Shown piece after piece: positions 26,861 through 36,507 of a stretch of 64,000 nucleotides of DNA. How positions within the stretch are numbered: position 1 is the first letter of the stretch; every line of letters starts with the position of its first letter. The notes below the pieces were generated by a model, which ran no database searches, was not told the DNA's origin, and worked only from the letters and a program-made list of their open reading frames with translations. The position numbers and the translations under genes are program-made. Source of the DNA: Candidatus Altimarinota bacterium (lineage in GTDB: Bacteria > Patescibacteriota > Gracilibacteria > 1-14-2-50-48-13); assembly GCA_046314355.1 (NCBI GenBank), contig JBKBWQ010000001.1:1056001-1120000 (forward strand), read 5' to 3'.

Positions 26861-27559
26861 TTACTTTCCGAAGTTTCGCTTTGTACCATCATAATATTCA
26901 AGTGCTCTCTGAAATTCTTCTGCGGTAAGTCCAGGCCAGAATGTATCAGTGAAGTAAAGCTCTGAGTAGACACTCTGCCAAGGCATAAAACCTGATAATC
27001 TTTGTGCACCTCCAGTCCTAATTATAAGATCTACATCAGGCACATCTTTTGTAAAAAGATGCTGAGAAAAGACTTCTTCCGTAATTTTTTCAGGTGGATT
27101 CGCTAAAATATCTTCAATTGCATGAAGAATCTCATCACGACCACCATAGTTTATAGCTAAATAGACAGTATGCTTGGGATTGTCTAAATGCATAAGCTTC
27201 TCTGCTTTCTCAAGAGAATTTTGGACAGATTCAGGAAGTCCTCTTCTTCTGCCTAAGAATTTTAATGTTACTCCATATTTTTTCATTTTCTCAGCTCTAG
27301 TTGGAATACTCTCTATAAGTTTGAAAAGTATTGTCAGTTCCGTTGCGCTTCTTTTCTGCCAATTATCTGTAGATAGTGCCCACAAAGTAACATAGGGAAT
27401 ATTTTCTTTTACACACCAGCTAATTGCTTCTTCGGCAATCAATGCACCTTCTTTGTGTCCCGTAGTTGCAAACTTTCCCTGGCTCTTTGCCCAACGTCTA
27501 TTTCCATCCATGATAAATGCAATATGCGTAGGTTTTTTTGTTATCTGCGGCTGATCCAT
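26861..27559 (-). CDS. uppS: Undecaprenyl/polyprenyl diphosphate synthase
   Basis: HIAFIMDGNRRWA, NYGGRDEI, LIIRTGG.QRLSGF. Confidence 0.96.
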   Translation of the reverse strand: MDQPQITKKPTHIAFIMDGNRRWAKSQGKFATTGHKEGALIAEEAISWCVKENIPYVTLWALSTDNWQKRSATELTILFKLIESIPTRAEKMKKYGVTLKFLGRRRGLPESVQNSLEKAEKLMHLDNPKHTVYLAINYGGRDEILHAIEDILANPPEKITEEVFSQHLFTKDVPDVDLIIRTGGAQRLSGFMPWQSVYSELYFTDTFWPGLTAEEFQRALEYYDGTKRNFGK

Positions 27560-27647
27560 GGAATATCTAATAAACGAAACAAGATAATTACTTAAGGCTT
27601 TAGTGGAGAGATTTTATAATTCTAAAACAGTATTGTCAAATGAAGAC

Positions 27648-27800
27648 GGAGTTAGGGGCAAATTAAGTAATTAGTATAGTAATTTGGCTCATATTATTGG
27701 ACTCTTATCATTGGGCTGCAATAATTGAGCTCAATGATGTGCGCCCAATTATTGAGTCCAATTACTTAATTACCATTTACTCTCTTACTCTCTTACTCGA
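27648..27800. repeat. Composite palindromic intergenic repeat (13-14-nt units)
   Basis: Units such as ATAATTGAGCTCA and ATTATTGAGTCCA; 27760-27789 is the exact 30-bp reverse complement of 29704-29733. Confidence 0.8.
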
Positions 27801-27831
27801 GCCCTTTACTTTCCTCTCTGTACTTATATAA

Positions 27832-27858
27832 TTATCACGAACAGTACGAGAGTGCTAA
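27832..27858 (+). promoter_or_regulatory. CIRCE-like (HrcA) operator upstream of dnaJ
   Basis: TTATCACGA-N9-GAGTGCTAA versus consensus TTAGCACTC-N9-GAGTGCTAA; TATAAT at 27827-27832 overlaps its left edge. Confidence 0.6.
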
Positions 27859-27872
27859 TTTTAATTATATAG

Positions 27873-28991
27873 ATGTCTATGGCTGGAAAAGATTATTATG
27901 CAATTTTAGGAGTAGCAAAAGATAGTTCGGTAGATGATATAAAAAAAGCATATAGAAAACTTGCAATGAAATATCATCCTGATCAAGGAGGTGATCAAGA
28001 AAAATTTAAGGAAGTAAATGAAGCATATCAGGTTTTGGGGGATGATCAGAAAAGACGCCAGTATGACCAGTTTGGAAGTGCAGGAGCTCAGGGAGGATAT
28101 GGAGGTGGAGGTTTTGATTTTTCCGGATTTCAGAGCGGCGGATTCTCAGATATGGGAGATATTTTTGAAACTTTCTTTGGTGGAGGCTTTAGCACAGGCG
28201 GGAGAAGTCAGCAGAAAGCAGGACCTAGAAGAGGAGAAGATCTGCAAATGGAAATTGTCATTGATTTCATGAAGGCAGCTTTTGGTTCGGAAGAGACTGT
28301 AGATGTAGATAGAATGGAGGTTTGTGAGACATGTCAGGGTAAAGGGTATCCAAAGGATGCTAAGGTGGTCAATTGTACAAAGTGTCACGGCACAGGAGAA
28401 ATTCAGGTTTCTCAGCAGAGTTTCTTTGGAAATATTACTTCCACTAGAGCATGTGATGTCTGTCATGGAGAAGGAAAGATACCTGAGAAGAAGTGTGATA
28501 CATGTCATGCTGAAGGTAGAGTCAGGGTTACTCAGAAGTTAAAAGTAAAGATCCCTGCAGGTGTCAATGAAGGAACAACTATTAAGCTTGCTGGTAAAGG
28601 AGCTGCAGGAGTCAAAGGAGGACCAGCTGGAGATCTTTATATAGTTATTCATGTGAGGGAAAGTAGAAAGTTTGAACGGAACGGATATGATACTCATACA
28701 ACTGAAAGAATCCACATGCTTCAGGCTGTTCTCGGTGATGAGATAGAAATAGAGACAATCCATGGAGATAAGAAAGTGGTCATCCCAGCAGGTGTAGAAA
28801 CAGGAAAAACAATTAAACTCAAACGCCTCGGAGTACCTATGCTGAATTCCTCTGAAATAGGAGATCATTATATTCATATCGAAGTAGAGGTACCTAAAAA
28901 GCTCTCTAAAAAAGAACAAGAGCTCTATGAACAGTTAGCAGAGCTTGCAGGTAAAAAGATAAGTGTACAGAAGAGGAAGGGGTTTTTTTAG
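27873..28991 (+). CDS. dnaJ: Chaperone DnaJ
   Basis: J domain with HPD, G/F region, four CxxCxxxG repeats. Confidence 0.98.
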   Translation: MSMAGKDYYAILGVAKDSSVDDIKKAYRKLAMKYHPDQGGDQEKFKEVNEAYQVLGDDQKRRQYDQFGSAGAQGGYGGGGFDFSGFQSGGFSDMGDIFETFFGGGFSTGGRSQQKAGPRRGEDLQMEIVIDFMKAAFGSEETVDVDRMEVCETCQGKGYPKDAKVVNCTKCHGTGEIQVSQQSFFGNITSTRACDVCHGEGKIPEKKCDTCHAEGRVRVTQKLKVKIPAGVNEGTTIKLAGKGAAGVKGGPAGDLYIVIHVRESRKFERNGYDTHTTERIHMLQAVLGDEIEIETIHGDKKVVIPAGVETGKTIKLKRLGVPMLNSSEIGDHYIHIEVEVPKKLSKKEQELYEQLAELAGKKISVQKRKGFF

Positions 28992-28996
28992 GCTCA

Positions 28997-29072
28997 AGTA
29001 AGTGAGTAAGTGGTAAGTAAGTAATTAGGCTTATTTATTGGCTCTATAATTACTTACTTACTCAATTACTAA
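28997..29072. repeat. Palindromic AGTAA-type intergenic element
   Basis: Tandem (a)agtaa units mirrored by ttact units. Confidence 0.6.
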
Positions 29073-29142
29073 ATACTTCCTTTTCCTTGTCTTTGTTTTC
29101 ACCCATGCTATAGTTTGCCTATCATTTGTTTCTGGTATCTAT

Positions 29143-29694
29143 ATGGACATTCGCCTTTCTTGGGACCTCTTTGTTATCGTCTTTCTTTCCATTGTTCTTG
29201 CATATAGCTTTATCGTAGGACGTAAGCAGACAATAAAGATAATTATTGCTATTCATCTAGCATTTCTTGCTGTGGATAGTTTTTCATATTTTCTAAGTAG
29301 TTTTGGAATATACGGAGTGATGGCGAAGATGTTTAGTACTGATCTGCTTCTCACTGCTATTATCTTTAAATGTATTCTGTTCATAATACTCATTGTACTT
29401 CTGGCGAGACATCATGCTTTTGATGTAAATATAGATAACGATTCACAAATGTTTGGCGGATATTTTCTTTCCACAGCACTTATTGGTGCATTCACAGCAG
29501 CGCTCATGCTTGTGGTAATATTCTATTTTACCTCTGGATACACACTGTCGTTTTTGAATACCAACACAACTTCCAGCAGCTTGGTTGTAATACGAAACCA
29601 GTCATACCTGGCCAGATTCATTATAGACAATGCTCATATTTGGTTCTTCCTGCCTACGATGGCTCTATTGGCGCTTATGTTTAATAAGGAGTAG
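29143..29694 (+). CDS. Polytopic membrane protein, possibly CvpA-like
   Basis: Five hydrophobic segments; 'WDLFVIVF..IVLAYSFIVGR' start. Confidence 0.65.
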   Translation: MDIRLSWDLFVIVFLSIVLAYSFIVGRKQTIKIIIAIHLAFLAVDSFSYFLSSFGIYGVMAKMFSTDLLLTAIIFKCILFIILIVLLARHHAFDVNIDNDSQMFGGYFLSTALIGAFTAALMLVVIFYFTSGYTLSFLNTNTTSSSLVVIRNQSYLARFIIDNAHIWFFLPTMALLALMFNKE

Positions 29695-29703
29695 AGGGGC
29701 TCC

Positions 29704-29832
29704 AGTAAGAGAGTAAATGGTAATTAAGTAATTAGGACTTAGTAATTGGACTCAATAATTGAGCTCAATTATTCGAGCCTTAATTATGTGTGCCCAGTTA
29801 TCGAGCCCAATTACTTAATCACTCCCTTACTT
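29704..29832. repeat. Composite palindromic intergenic repeat
   Basis: Same family as 27648-27800 and 42646-42790. Confidence 0.8.
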
Positions 29833-29916
29833 TCCTCCTTCAATCCTCACTTTTCCTTGACTATCCACATCATTTTTTATAAGGTGTACACGCTTTCATT
29901 TTTGAAAGATGCTCTT

Positions 29917-29992
29917 GGGTCGGTAGCTCAGCCGGTAGAGCAGCGGCCTTTTAAGCCGATGGTCGCGGGTTCGAGCCCCGCCCGACCCACCA
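29917..29992 (+). tRNA. tRNA-Lys(TTT)
   Basis: GGGTCGGTAGCTCAGCCGGTAGAGCAGCGGCCTTTTAAGCCGATGGTCGCGGGTTCGAGCCCCGCCCGACCCACCA. Confidence 0.97.
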
Positions 29993-30134
29993 GAATTTTC
30001 TAGGAAAATTCAAGTAATTAGTAGGTAGTACTTAGTCTTTAGGAGGCTCTTTTTGTAATAATACACCGTAAGAAAATTCTCCTAAGTACTCAATACTCTC
30101 ACTATCACTCACACTCTACGCCCACAGAGCTTTT

Positions 30135-30478
30135 TTATAGCACTTCCAATTCAATCCCCACCACTCCATACTTCCGCTCATCCTTCACTGAGTAGTACTT
30201 TCTCATATCTTGTTCTACTTGTTCACCTGTAGTTCCTTTTTCCCACCCGGCCTTCTCTATTGGAAATAATTCAGGGAGTTTTTGAAAACTTACCGCAAAG
30301 ATGAGATTAATTATTTTCGTTCTGCAGTGATCCTGGTGCTCAGTGTGATTAGTGAAGATAATAATATCTTCTTTGTCCAGCAATGATCTTTTCTCATCAT
30401 TCAAACGTACTTCAATTGTTTTTATACCTTTATTTGAATAAAGGGGTCATTATGTAAAAACATCTCAATAGTCTTCAT
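30135..30478 (-). pseudogene. ASCH-domain RNA-binding protein, frameshifted near 30428
   Basis: MKTIEMFLHNDPFIQIK in one frame, GIKTIEVRLNDEKR...YGVVGIEL (ASCH GxKxxExR motif) in another. Confidence 0.75.
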
Positions 30479-30503
30479 AGATCTTACTGCTGTAAAGTTT
30501 TAA

Positions 30504-30528
30504 GATTCCGGGGCAGGTCCGGAATGAC
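30504..30528. repeat. REP-like palindrome (GATTCCGG...CCGGAATGAC)
   Basis: Short GC-rich hairpin with GTCA/TGAC foot just after the stop of the upstream minus-strand gene. Confidence 0.55.
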
Positions 30529-30530
30529 AG

Positions 30531-33251
30531 TTAAGACTGATTTCTCCTCTTAGCAGCCTCAATCATCTCGGCAACCTTATCTGGATCAATAGAACTCTTT
30601 GGAGCTGTCTCAGGGGATTTTGACGCCATTGGGGTACCTCCTGGTGCATAAGGTGATCCGCCTCCTCCGCCTTTTTTATCCTTCTTCTTCTTTTTCTCCT
30701 GCAGTTCTCTATCCTGAATAGCTTTAATTTCCAAATTGCGCTCCTCATAAGCTTTATGATCATCCGCACTCCACGAATACTGTTTCTTTGAAACTGCCAT
30801 CATGCTTGATATCTCTTCTTCTGTAAGTGTCTGGTACCTCTGTTCTACTGGTGCAAAGGCACGGATTTTTACTACACCCGTGACCCGGTTATTTTTGATT
30901 GATCGTGTATATAAAGTGTAAGGTTCAAGAGAGGTAAGCTGATGCTCTGTTACTTCTCCACCAAACTGTTTGGATATAATAGGAGAGTCTTCAAGTCCAA
31001 TACGCAAGGACATGATAGTACCTACGTTACCGAAGATAGCTGCCTTTAACTCTTCAGGAAGCTGTTTGATGTACTGGTGAGCAATAGTAAGACTTAGGCG
31101 GTATTTACGTGCTTCAGAAAGGATACTCTCAAATGTGGTAACGGATGATACAAAGTTCTGGAACTCGTCTATATAGAGACAAAAATCTTTTCGCTCTGCT
31201 TCAGGGATCTCTACACGCTTCATTGCGTCTACGAGAAGACGGCTTACAATCATACTACCTATAAGCTCTGAATTCTGTGGAGAAATACGTCCCTTTGAAA
31301 GATTTACGAGTAGTATTTTTTGCTTATTCATGATGAAATCAAAATTGAACCGGTTTCTCTTTGAAGCAAATACATATCTAATAATTGGATTATTAAAGAA
31401 TTTTTCTACTTTATTGAGTACGGCGACCACTGATTCATTCTGCATCTTTGGATCAAGGACATCAAACTGATTATGCCAAAAAGATATAACATGCTGATCT
31501 GTACAATGCGAAAGACACTTATCTCTGTATGCTTTAGATGTGATTAAAGCAGGGATTTCTACGAGGGTAGCTCCGGGTGTTTCTATGAGTGCTGCTAATG
31601 CATTATAAAGAATCTGTTCCATACGAGGTCCCCAAGAATTTGCAAACATCTTATGAAAAATTCCCAGGATTTCTGTGGCAAGGAGGTCTTTTCCTTTTTT
31701 ATCTACACTCAAGATGTTGAATGCAGGAGGATTTGCGAGGTCGCTTGGATCAAAATATGCCAGATCATTCTTCCGGGATTTTGGAATGAATCTCAGCACT
31801 TTCTCCACGAGATCTCCATGCGGATCAATCACAGCCACTCCTCTTCCCTTCAGGATATCTGCTACGATCATACTTTCCTGCAAAGTTGATTTTCCTGTAC
31901 CAGTCTGACCTATGACGTAGATATGTCTTCGTCTGTCATTATCATCAATAGTAAAAATCTGCTGTTTGCCATAGGATTCTGTTACTCCTATAGCTGATTT
32001 ATTTGGTATGACCACTGGCTGCATCATGAGAGGTACATTTGGCACAAGTACTATGTCCTCATCGTCATCTTTTTTCTGAGATTCATCCTGGGCATATTTT
32101 CTAGTTGTATCAGCACTATTTTCTAGAAAGTTTACATAAGGAGAATGTATCTGGGATCCAGCTGGCAAATGCCAGAGGAGAGAGAGTTCCTGCGTACTAA
32201 GGTAATCTATGGTATCAGAATCGAGTTTTCTTTTCTGAAAGAGATGTTTAATAAAACCAGTGGTATTCTTGATTGTATTTGGCTTTAGTGTATTTCCGTC
32301 TGGCTTGGAGAAGATAATGTATGTTTGTGTAACTTCTTTCATGAGTACTGGGCGGTATAGTGCTGCATCTGCAGTTCCATACAGAATACGTATGTTTGAA
32401 GAAAGAATAGGATATTTTGCTTTCTCTTTCATATTGGCTTCCTTTGGATCGTTCTCTACTTTGACTTCTGCTGGTTTTGAACTGAAAATATTGATGAAAT
32501 ATCCTATAAAACGAAAGGGAGCAGTAAGGAGTTTTTTCCAAAAAGGAGTTACAAGAGCTCTTCTTGCCATGATACGCTCACGACCTTTCCAGAAGGAATG
32601 TTTTTTATTATCAAGTGCGGTACCGACTTTTGCCCCTTCAGCTTTCCATTCTTTTCCTGCAGGACTCACTACATACTGTATCCAGATTTCTTCTCCTGGC
32701 TGGAGGGTGGAGATGGCGCTCGTAACTGCAGCGAGAGGATCGGTGGATGTATCACCTGTAGTCTGCATATCTGCAAAAAGTTTCAGTGGTAATGTATCTC
32801 CTGTTGCCAGATCCATAGTAACAGCATCGATCTTTGCAAAGGGAGCCTGAGCCATATAGTCCGTCACAGGGTCGATAACGATGCTTTTATATTTTCCTTT
32901 AAGTACATGAGTAAGACTATTTGTCATTTGTCCTTTTTCTGCCCAAATGAAAAAACGGATAGATCCGGAGGTTGCGAGTATCTCAAAACTTACGCGAGGC
33001 TGTACTTTGCCAGCATAGGTGTCTTTCCACTTTATTTTCTGAAGAAAGGCAGCAACATTCTGAAATATCTGCTCTGCGTCTTTGAAAGAATGTTCTTCAA
33101 ATTTAGAAATTCGCAGTTCAAGAAGATTATATTCTTTAGTTTTTTCAGTATCAGCTCTTTTTAATCGAATCTGAAGCTGGATATACTGTTCAAGTGCAAC
33201 TGCTGCAATGAAAAGGAAGAGGAGGAGAAAGAGAATGAGTTCAAATGACAT
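30531..33251 (-). CDS. VirD4/TraD (TrwB)-like FtsK-HerA ATPase with N-terminal membrane anchor
   Basis: RRRHIYVIGQTGTGKST, VIDPHGDL, LYIDEFQNF, SEARKYRLSLTIAHQYIKQL, IFGNVGT. Confidence 0.9.
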   Translation of the reverse strand: MSFELILFLLLFLFIAAVALEQYIQLQIRLKRADTEKTKEYNLLELRISKFEEHSFKDAEQIFQNVAAFLQKIKWKDTYAGKVQPRVSFEILATSGSIRFFIWAEKGQMTNSLTHVLKGKYKSIVIDPVTDYMAQAPFAKIDAVTMDLATGDTLPLKLFADMQTTGDTSTDPLAAVTSAISTLQPGEEIWIQYVVSPAGKEWKAEGAKVGTALDNKKHSFWKGRERIMARRALVTPFWKKLLTAPFRFIGYFINIFSSKPAEVKVENDPKEANMKEKAKYPILSSNIRILYGTADAALYRPVLMKEVTQTYIIFSKPDGNTLKPNTIKNTTGFIKHLFQKRKLDSDTIDYLSTQELSLLWHLPAGSQIHSPYVNFLENSADTTRKYAQDESQKKDDDEDIVLVPNVPLMMQPVVIPNKSAIGVTESYGKQQIFTIDDNDRRRHIYVIGQTGTGKSTLQESMIVADILKGRGVAVIDPHGDLVEKVLRFIPKSRKNDLAYFDPSDLANPPAFNILSVDKKGKDLLATEILGIFHKMFANSWGPRMEQILYNALAALIETPGATLVEIPALITSKAYRDKCLSHCTDQHVISFWHNQFDVLDPKMQNESVVAVLNKVEKFFNNPIIRYVFASKRNRFNFDFIMNKQKILLVNLSKGRISPQNSELIGSMIVSRLLVDAMKRVEIPEAERKDFCLYIDEFQNFVSSVTTFESILSEARKYRLSLTIAHQYIKQLPEELKAAIFGNVGTIMSLRIGLEDSPIISKQFGGEVTEHQLTSLEPYTLYTRSIKNNRVTGVVKIRAFAPVEQRYQTLTEEEISSMMAVSKKQYSWSADDHKAYEERNLEIKAIQDRELQEKKKKKDKKGGGGGSPYAPGGTPMASKSPETAPKSSIDPDKVAEMIEAAKRRNQS

Positions 33252-33550
33252 ATGTGTAGGTTTTCCAGTATGTTTTATATCTTGTACATACAGTATAACA
33301 GAGAATAGAGCCTAGGGAAATGCGTAACATCTGTAAAACTGTAGTTATATTGACAAACTCTATATTATGAATCTTTTATCTTTTGTAAATATATTACTGT
33401 TTCGTAAACATTTCTTATAGCTATGACTGCTTGGGTCAGTAAATTTAAAAAATATCTATAAGAAATAGGATTGAATAGATTCTCTAACTCATATTGCTCT
33501 CTTTTCGAGAAACAGGTAATCTCTGAAGTAGTCTATACTTTGCATATACC

Positions 33551-34822
33551 ATGTTCACTCAAAATATTCTTTCCAATAAAATCAGGGTTGTTACGGCCCC
33601 AGTCCCATCTGTCGACTCTGTAACAGTACTAGTACTCTTTGCTGCAGGATCACGCTATGAAGATCTTAAAATCAATGGTATAGCTCATTTTCTTGAGCAT
33701 ATGTTCTTTAAAGGAGCAAAGAAATACAAAACTCCAAAGGACGTTTCTCTAGCCGTAGATCGTCTTGGCGGAATGTTTAATGCTTTTACTGATAAAGAAT
33801 ATGTAGGATATTATATACGGCTTGCTTCTGAGCATACGGAGACTGCCTTTGATATTTTATCTGACATGCTTCTCTATCCTGCTTTCCCACATGAAGAAAT
33901 AAATAAAGAGCGCGGAGTAATTCTGGAAGAAATGAATATGTATCAAGATGCTCCTGCTCAGCAGATCTTTTGGGACTTTGAGAGACATTTACTAGGAGAT
34001 CAGCCTATAGGGTGGGATGAAATTGGTACAAAAGAATTGATCAATACTGTTACTCAGGATGATTTCAATGCGTATAAAGAGCACTTTTATACACCTGATA
34101 ATATGGTGGTAAGTGTTGCGGGAAATGTTACTTCTCAGCAGGTAAAAGAGTTAACAGAAAAATATTTTGGTTCGATGGAAGGCACCAAACAGAGAAGTTA
34201 TGTGCCCTTTGATGAATCTAAGATTCCAGAGAAAAAGGTATCGATCCGAGTAAAAGATACGGATCAGGCTCATCTTATGATAGGTATCAGAGGATGTACA
34301 CTCCACGATAAAGATAGAATGATACAAAAGCTTCTTTCAATTGCACTTGGAGGAAATTCGAGTTCTAGAATGTTCCAGCATCTTCGTGAAGAAAAAGGGC
34401 TTTGTTATTACATTCATACAGGCGGATCTTCTTATCATGATACAGGTACTTTTTATGCAAAAGCAGGCATAACGGTCAATAAAATTGAAGAAGCTCTTCC
34501 GGCAATTGCTGAAGAATTTAGAAAAATGCTTTCCGAGTATTCAATAACTCAGGAAGAACTTGATATTGCAAAAAGCTACTTTAAGGGAACATTAGTTTTA
34601 TCATTGGAAGATACAGAGAGCCTTGCGCATTACGCTGGGAAAGAATGGCTTTTGAAGGACAAGATTACAACTATTGATGAATTGAAGTCTCAGGTAGAAG
34701 CGATCACGCTTAATGATATTGCAGAATTTGTGAAAACCTGGTTTAAAAAACCTGAGTTTTATCTTTCTGTTATTGGTCCTTACGCAGGGAAAGAAGAGAC
34801 ATTCTATAATTGTATCAAGTAA
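33551..34822 (+). CDS. M16-family zinc peptidase
   Basis: Inverted zinc motif HFLEH; 'NAFT'; 'SSRMFQHLREEKGLCY'. Confidence 0.95.
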   Translation: MFTQNILSNKIRVVTAPVPSVDSVTVLVLFAAGSRYEDLKINGIAHFLEHMFFKGAKKYKTPKDVSLAVDRLGGMFNAFTDKEYVGYYIRLASEHTETAFDILSDMLLYPAFPHEEINKERGVILEEMNMYQDAPAQQIFWDFERHLLGDQPIGWDEIGTKELINTVTQDDFNAYKEHFYTPDNMVVSVAGNVTSQQVKELTEKYFGSMEGTKQRSYVPFDESKIPEKKVSIRVKDTDQAHLMIGIRGCTLHDKDRMIQKLLSIALGGNSSSRMFQHLREEKGLCYYIHTGGSSYHDTGTFYAKAGITVNKIEEALPAIAEEFRKMLSEYSITQEELDIAKSYFKGTLVLSLEDTESLAHYAGKEWLLKDKITTIDELKSQVEAITLNDIAEFVKTWFKKPEFYLSVIGPYAGKEETFYNCIK

Positions 34823-34824
34823 AT

Positions 34825-35991
34825 ATGCCAATCCGACTTTGTATTATAGATCAGGGTGAGATCTTTGGAGGAGCAGAATGTTTTGCTCTTGATCTTATCC
34901 GTATGCTGCCGAAAGATGTATACGAAGTACATGTATGCATCTCAAAAAATGCTCATTCAACCTACAAACAGGCATTAGAAGAGATGCATTTTGTGAAAGT
35001 ACATGAAATTACGATTCCTCAGCTGAGACCTCTTTCCTTGCCGAAAATTTTTCAATTTGTGCAGTCGTGCTTTTCACTTTTTCAGATTTTGAGAAAGACA
35101 AAGGCACAGATAATATATACAAATACTGTGAGGGCTCATTTGGTTGGATCTGTAGTAAGTCTTCTGAGAAATACTCCTCTGATTTGGGTCTTACATGATT
35201 TTACTTTTCCAAAAGCTTTTATAAAGCGGCTGATCTTTATCCCGAAAAAAGTGATAGGTGTATCAGAGGTTGTGCTGGAATATGTACAGGACACATGTGG
35301 ACAGAGATGGGATGATAAATTCGTAGTAATTCCCAATGGTGTTACTATAGAGAAGGTGCTGACTCCTTCTCTCGAGACGCTATCTGATTTAGAAAAGAAA
35401 CCTTTTATTTTTGAAGATTCAAAAAGATATATAGGTATCATTGGTAGGATTGATGTATGGAAAGGGCAAGATATCTTTTTGAAAGCAGCAAAAATTTTAA
35501 AGGAACAGTATCCACAGCATGAACATTTAGAATTTGTGGTTGTGGGTGGAATCACAGCTACAGATAAAGAAAGAAAGCAGTATGCAGAGAATTTGCAAAC
35601 ATATGCAAAAGAAAATGAATTATCGAATGTGACTTTTCTTGGACACCAGGATATTGAAAACATCCTTCCAAGACTGCATATACTGATTCAGGCTTCCACC
35701 GCTCCTGAACCCTTTGGAAGAACAGTTATTGAGGCATTTCAGGCTGGGATACCTGTGGTTGCTGCTAATATAGGTGCCTTAAAGAGTATAGTCGCGTATG
35801 GACAAAACGGACTTTCCTTTGAGCCTGGAAATCCCCAGGACTTAGCACAGAAGATAGCTTTACTATTAGAGGATAAGCATCTGTATAACACGGTAAAAGT
35901 GAATGCTGAGAGAGATGTACGTGCAAAATATAGTATGCAAAGAGTTCTTGATATGTTTATAGAAGTCCTACAAACGATAAGTGTCAAATAA
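34825..35991 (+). CDS. Glycosyltransferase family 4
   Basis: GGAE, IPNGV, GRIDVWKGQ, EPFGRTVIEA; likely ATG 34825. Confidence 0.92.
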   Translation: MPIRLCIIDQGEIFGGAECFALDLIRMLPKDVYEVHVCISKNAHSTYKQALEEMHFVKVHEITIPQLRPLSLPKIFQFVQSCFSLFQILRKTKAQIIYTNTVRAHLVGSVVSLLRNTPLIWVLHDFTFPKAFIKRLIFIPKKVIGVSEVVLEYVQDTCGQRWDDKFVVIPNGVTIEKVLTPSLETLSDLEKKPFIFEDSKRYIGIIGRIDVWKGQDIFLKAAKILKEQYPQHEHLEFVVVGGITATDKERKQYAENLQTYAKENELSNVTFLGHQDIENILPRLHILIQASTAPEPFGRTVIEAFQAGIPVVAANIGALKSIVAYGQNGLSFEPGNPQDLAQKIALLLEDKHLYNTVKVNAERDVRAKYSMQRVLDMFIEVLQTISVK

Positions 35992-36101
35992 CGTTTGCTG
36001 TAGCCATGATTCGGTATGCTTGGAATATGTGTATTTTTATGTTTTTTTATGGAAAGTTAGGCTACGTGCGAGTTAAAATGAATTAATTTAGATAAAATGG
36101 C

Positions 36102-36130
36102 TTGCAAACACTACATCTACTCCCTATAAT
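36102..36130 (+). promoter_or_regulatory. Sigma70 promoter of the HU gene
   Basis: TTGCAA-N17-TATAAT. Confidence 0.75.
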
Positions 36131-36169
36131 TCTTTTGCTATTAGGTTTTATTTTCTTATTTATCAACCT

Positions 36170-36442
36170 ATGACTAAGCAAGATCTCGTTGCTCACCTTG
36201 CAAACAAGGCTGGAGTTACAAAGAAGCAGGCTGGAGTAATGCTTGAGAGTTTTATGGATGCAGTTATGGCTGCTCTTAAGAAGGGTGATTCTCTTACTCT
36301 TACTGGATTCGGAACTTTCAAGGTAAGTAAGCGAGCTGCTCGACAGGGTGTAAATCCTCGAACACGACAGAAGATTAGTATTCCTGCAATGAAGGTTCCT
36401 GCTTTCAAAGCTGGTAAGAAATTCCGAGAGGTTGTTAAATAA
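36170..36442 (+). CDS. hup: Histone-like DNA-binding protein HU
   Basis: GFGTFKV..R.AR.GVNPRT...I.IPA..VPAFKAGK. Confidence 0.96.
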   Translation: MTKQDLVAHLANKAGVTKKQAGVMLESFMDAVMAALKKGDSLTLTGFGTFKVSKRAARQGVNPRTRQKISIPAMKVPAFKAGKKFREVVK

Positions 36443-36455
36443 GCTCTCCTAAATT

Positions 36456-36496
36456 AAAAAATCTCTATCACGTAAGCGTGATAGAGATTTTTTTTG
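36456..36496. terminator. Intrinsic terminator, probably bidirectional
   Basis: aaaaatctctatcacg-taag-cgtgatagagattttt plus T-run. Confidence 0.85.
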
Positions 36497-36507
36497 TTCA
36501 AATGAAA

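Noticed and set aside
27648-29832. CRISPR array in the periodic intergenic repeats
   Set aside because: Units are 13-14 nt, degenerate and contiguous, with no unique spacers and no cas genes in the window.
29746-30003. 85-aa ORF, and similarly 51293-51559 and 24989-25201
   Set aside because: They overlap tRNA genes, repeats or the putative origin and show no protein-like features.
32260-32850. Long antisense ORFs (also 35136-35663, 44658-45065 and other short shadows)
   Set aside because: They are shadow frames opposite well-supported genes.
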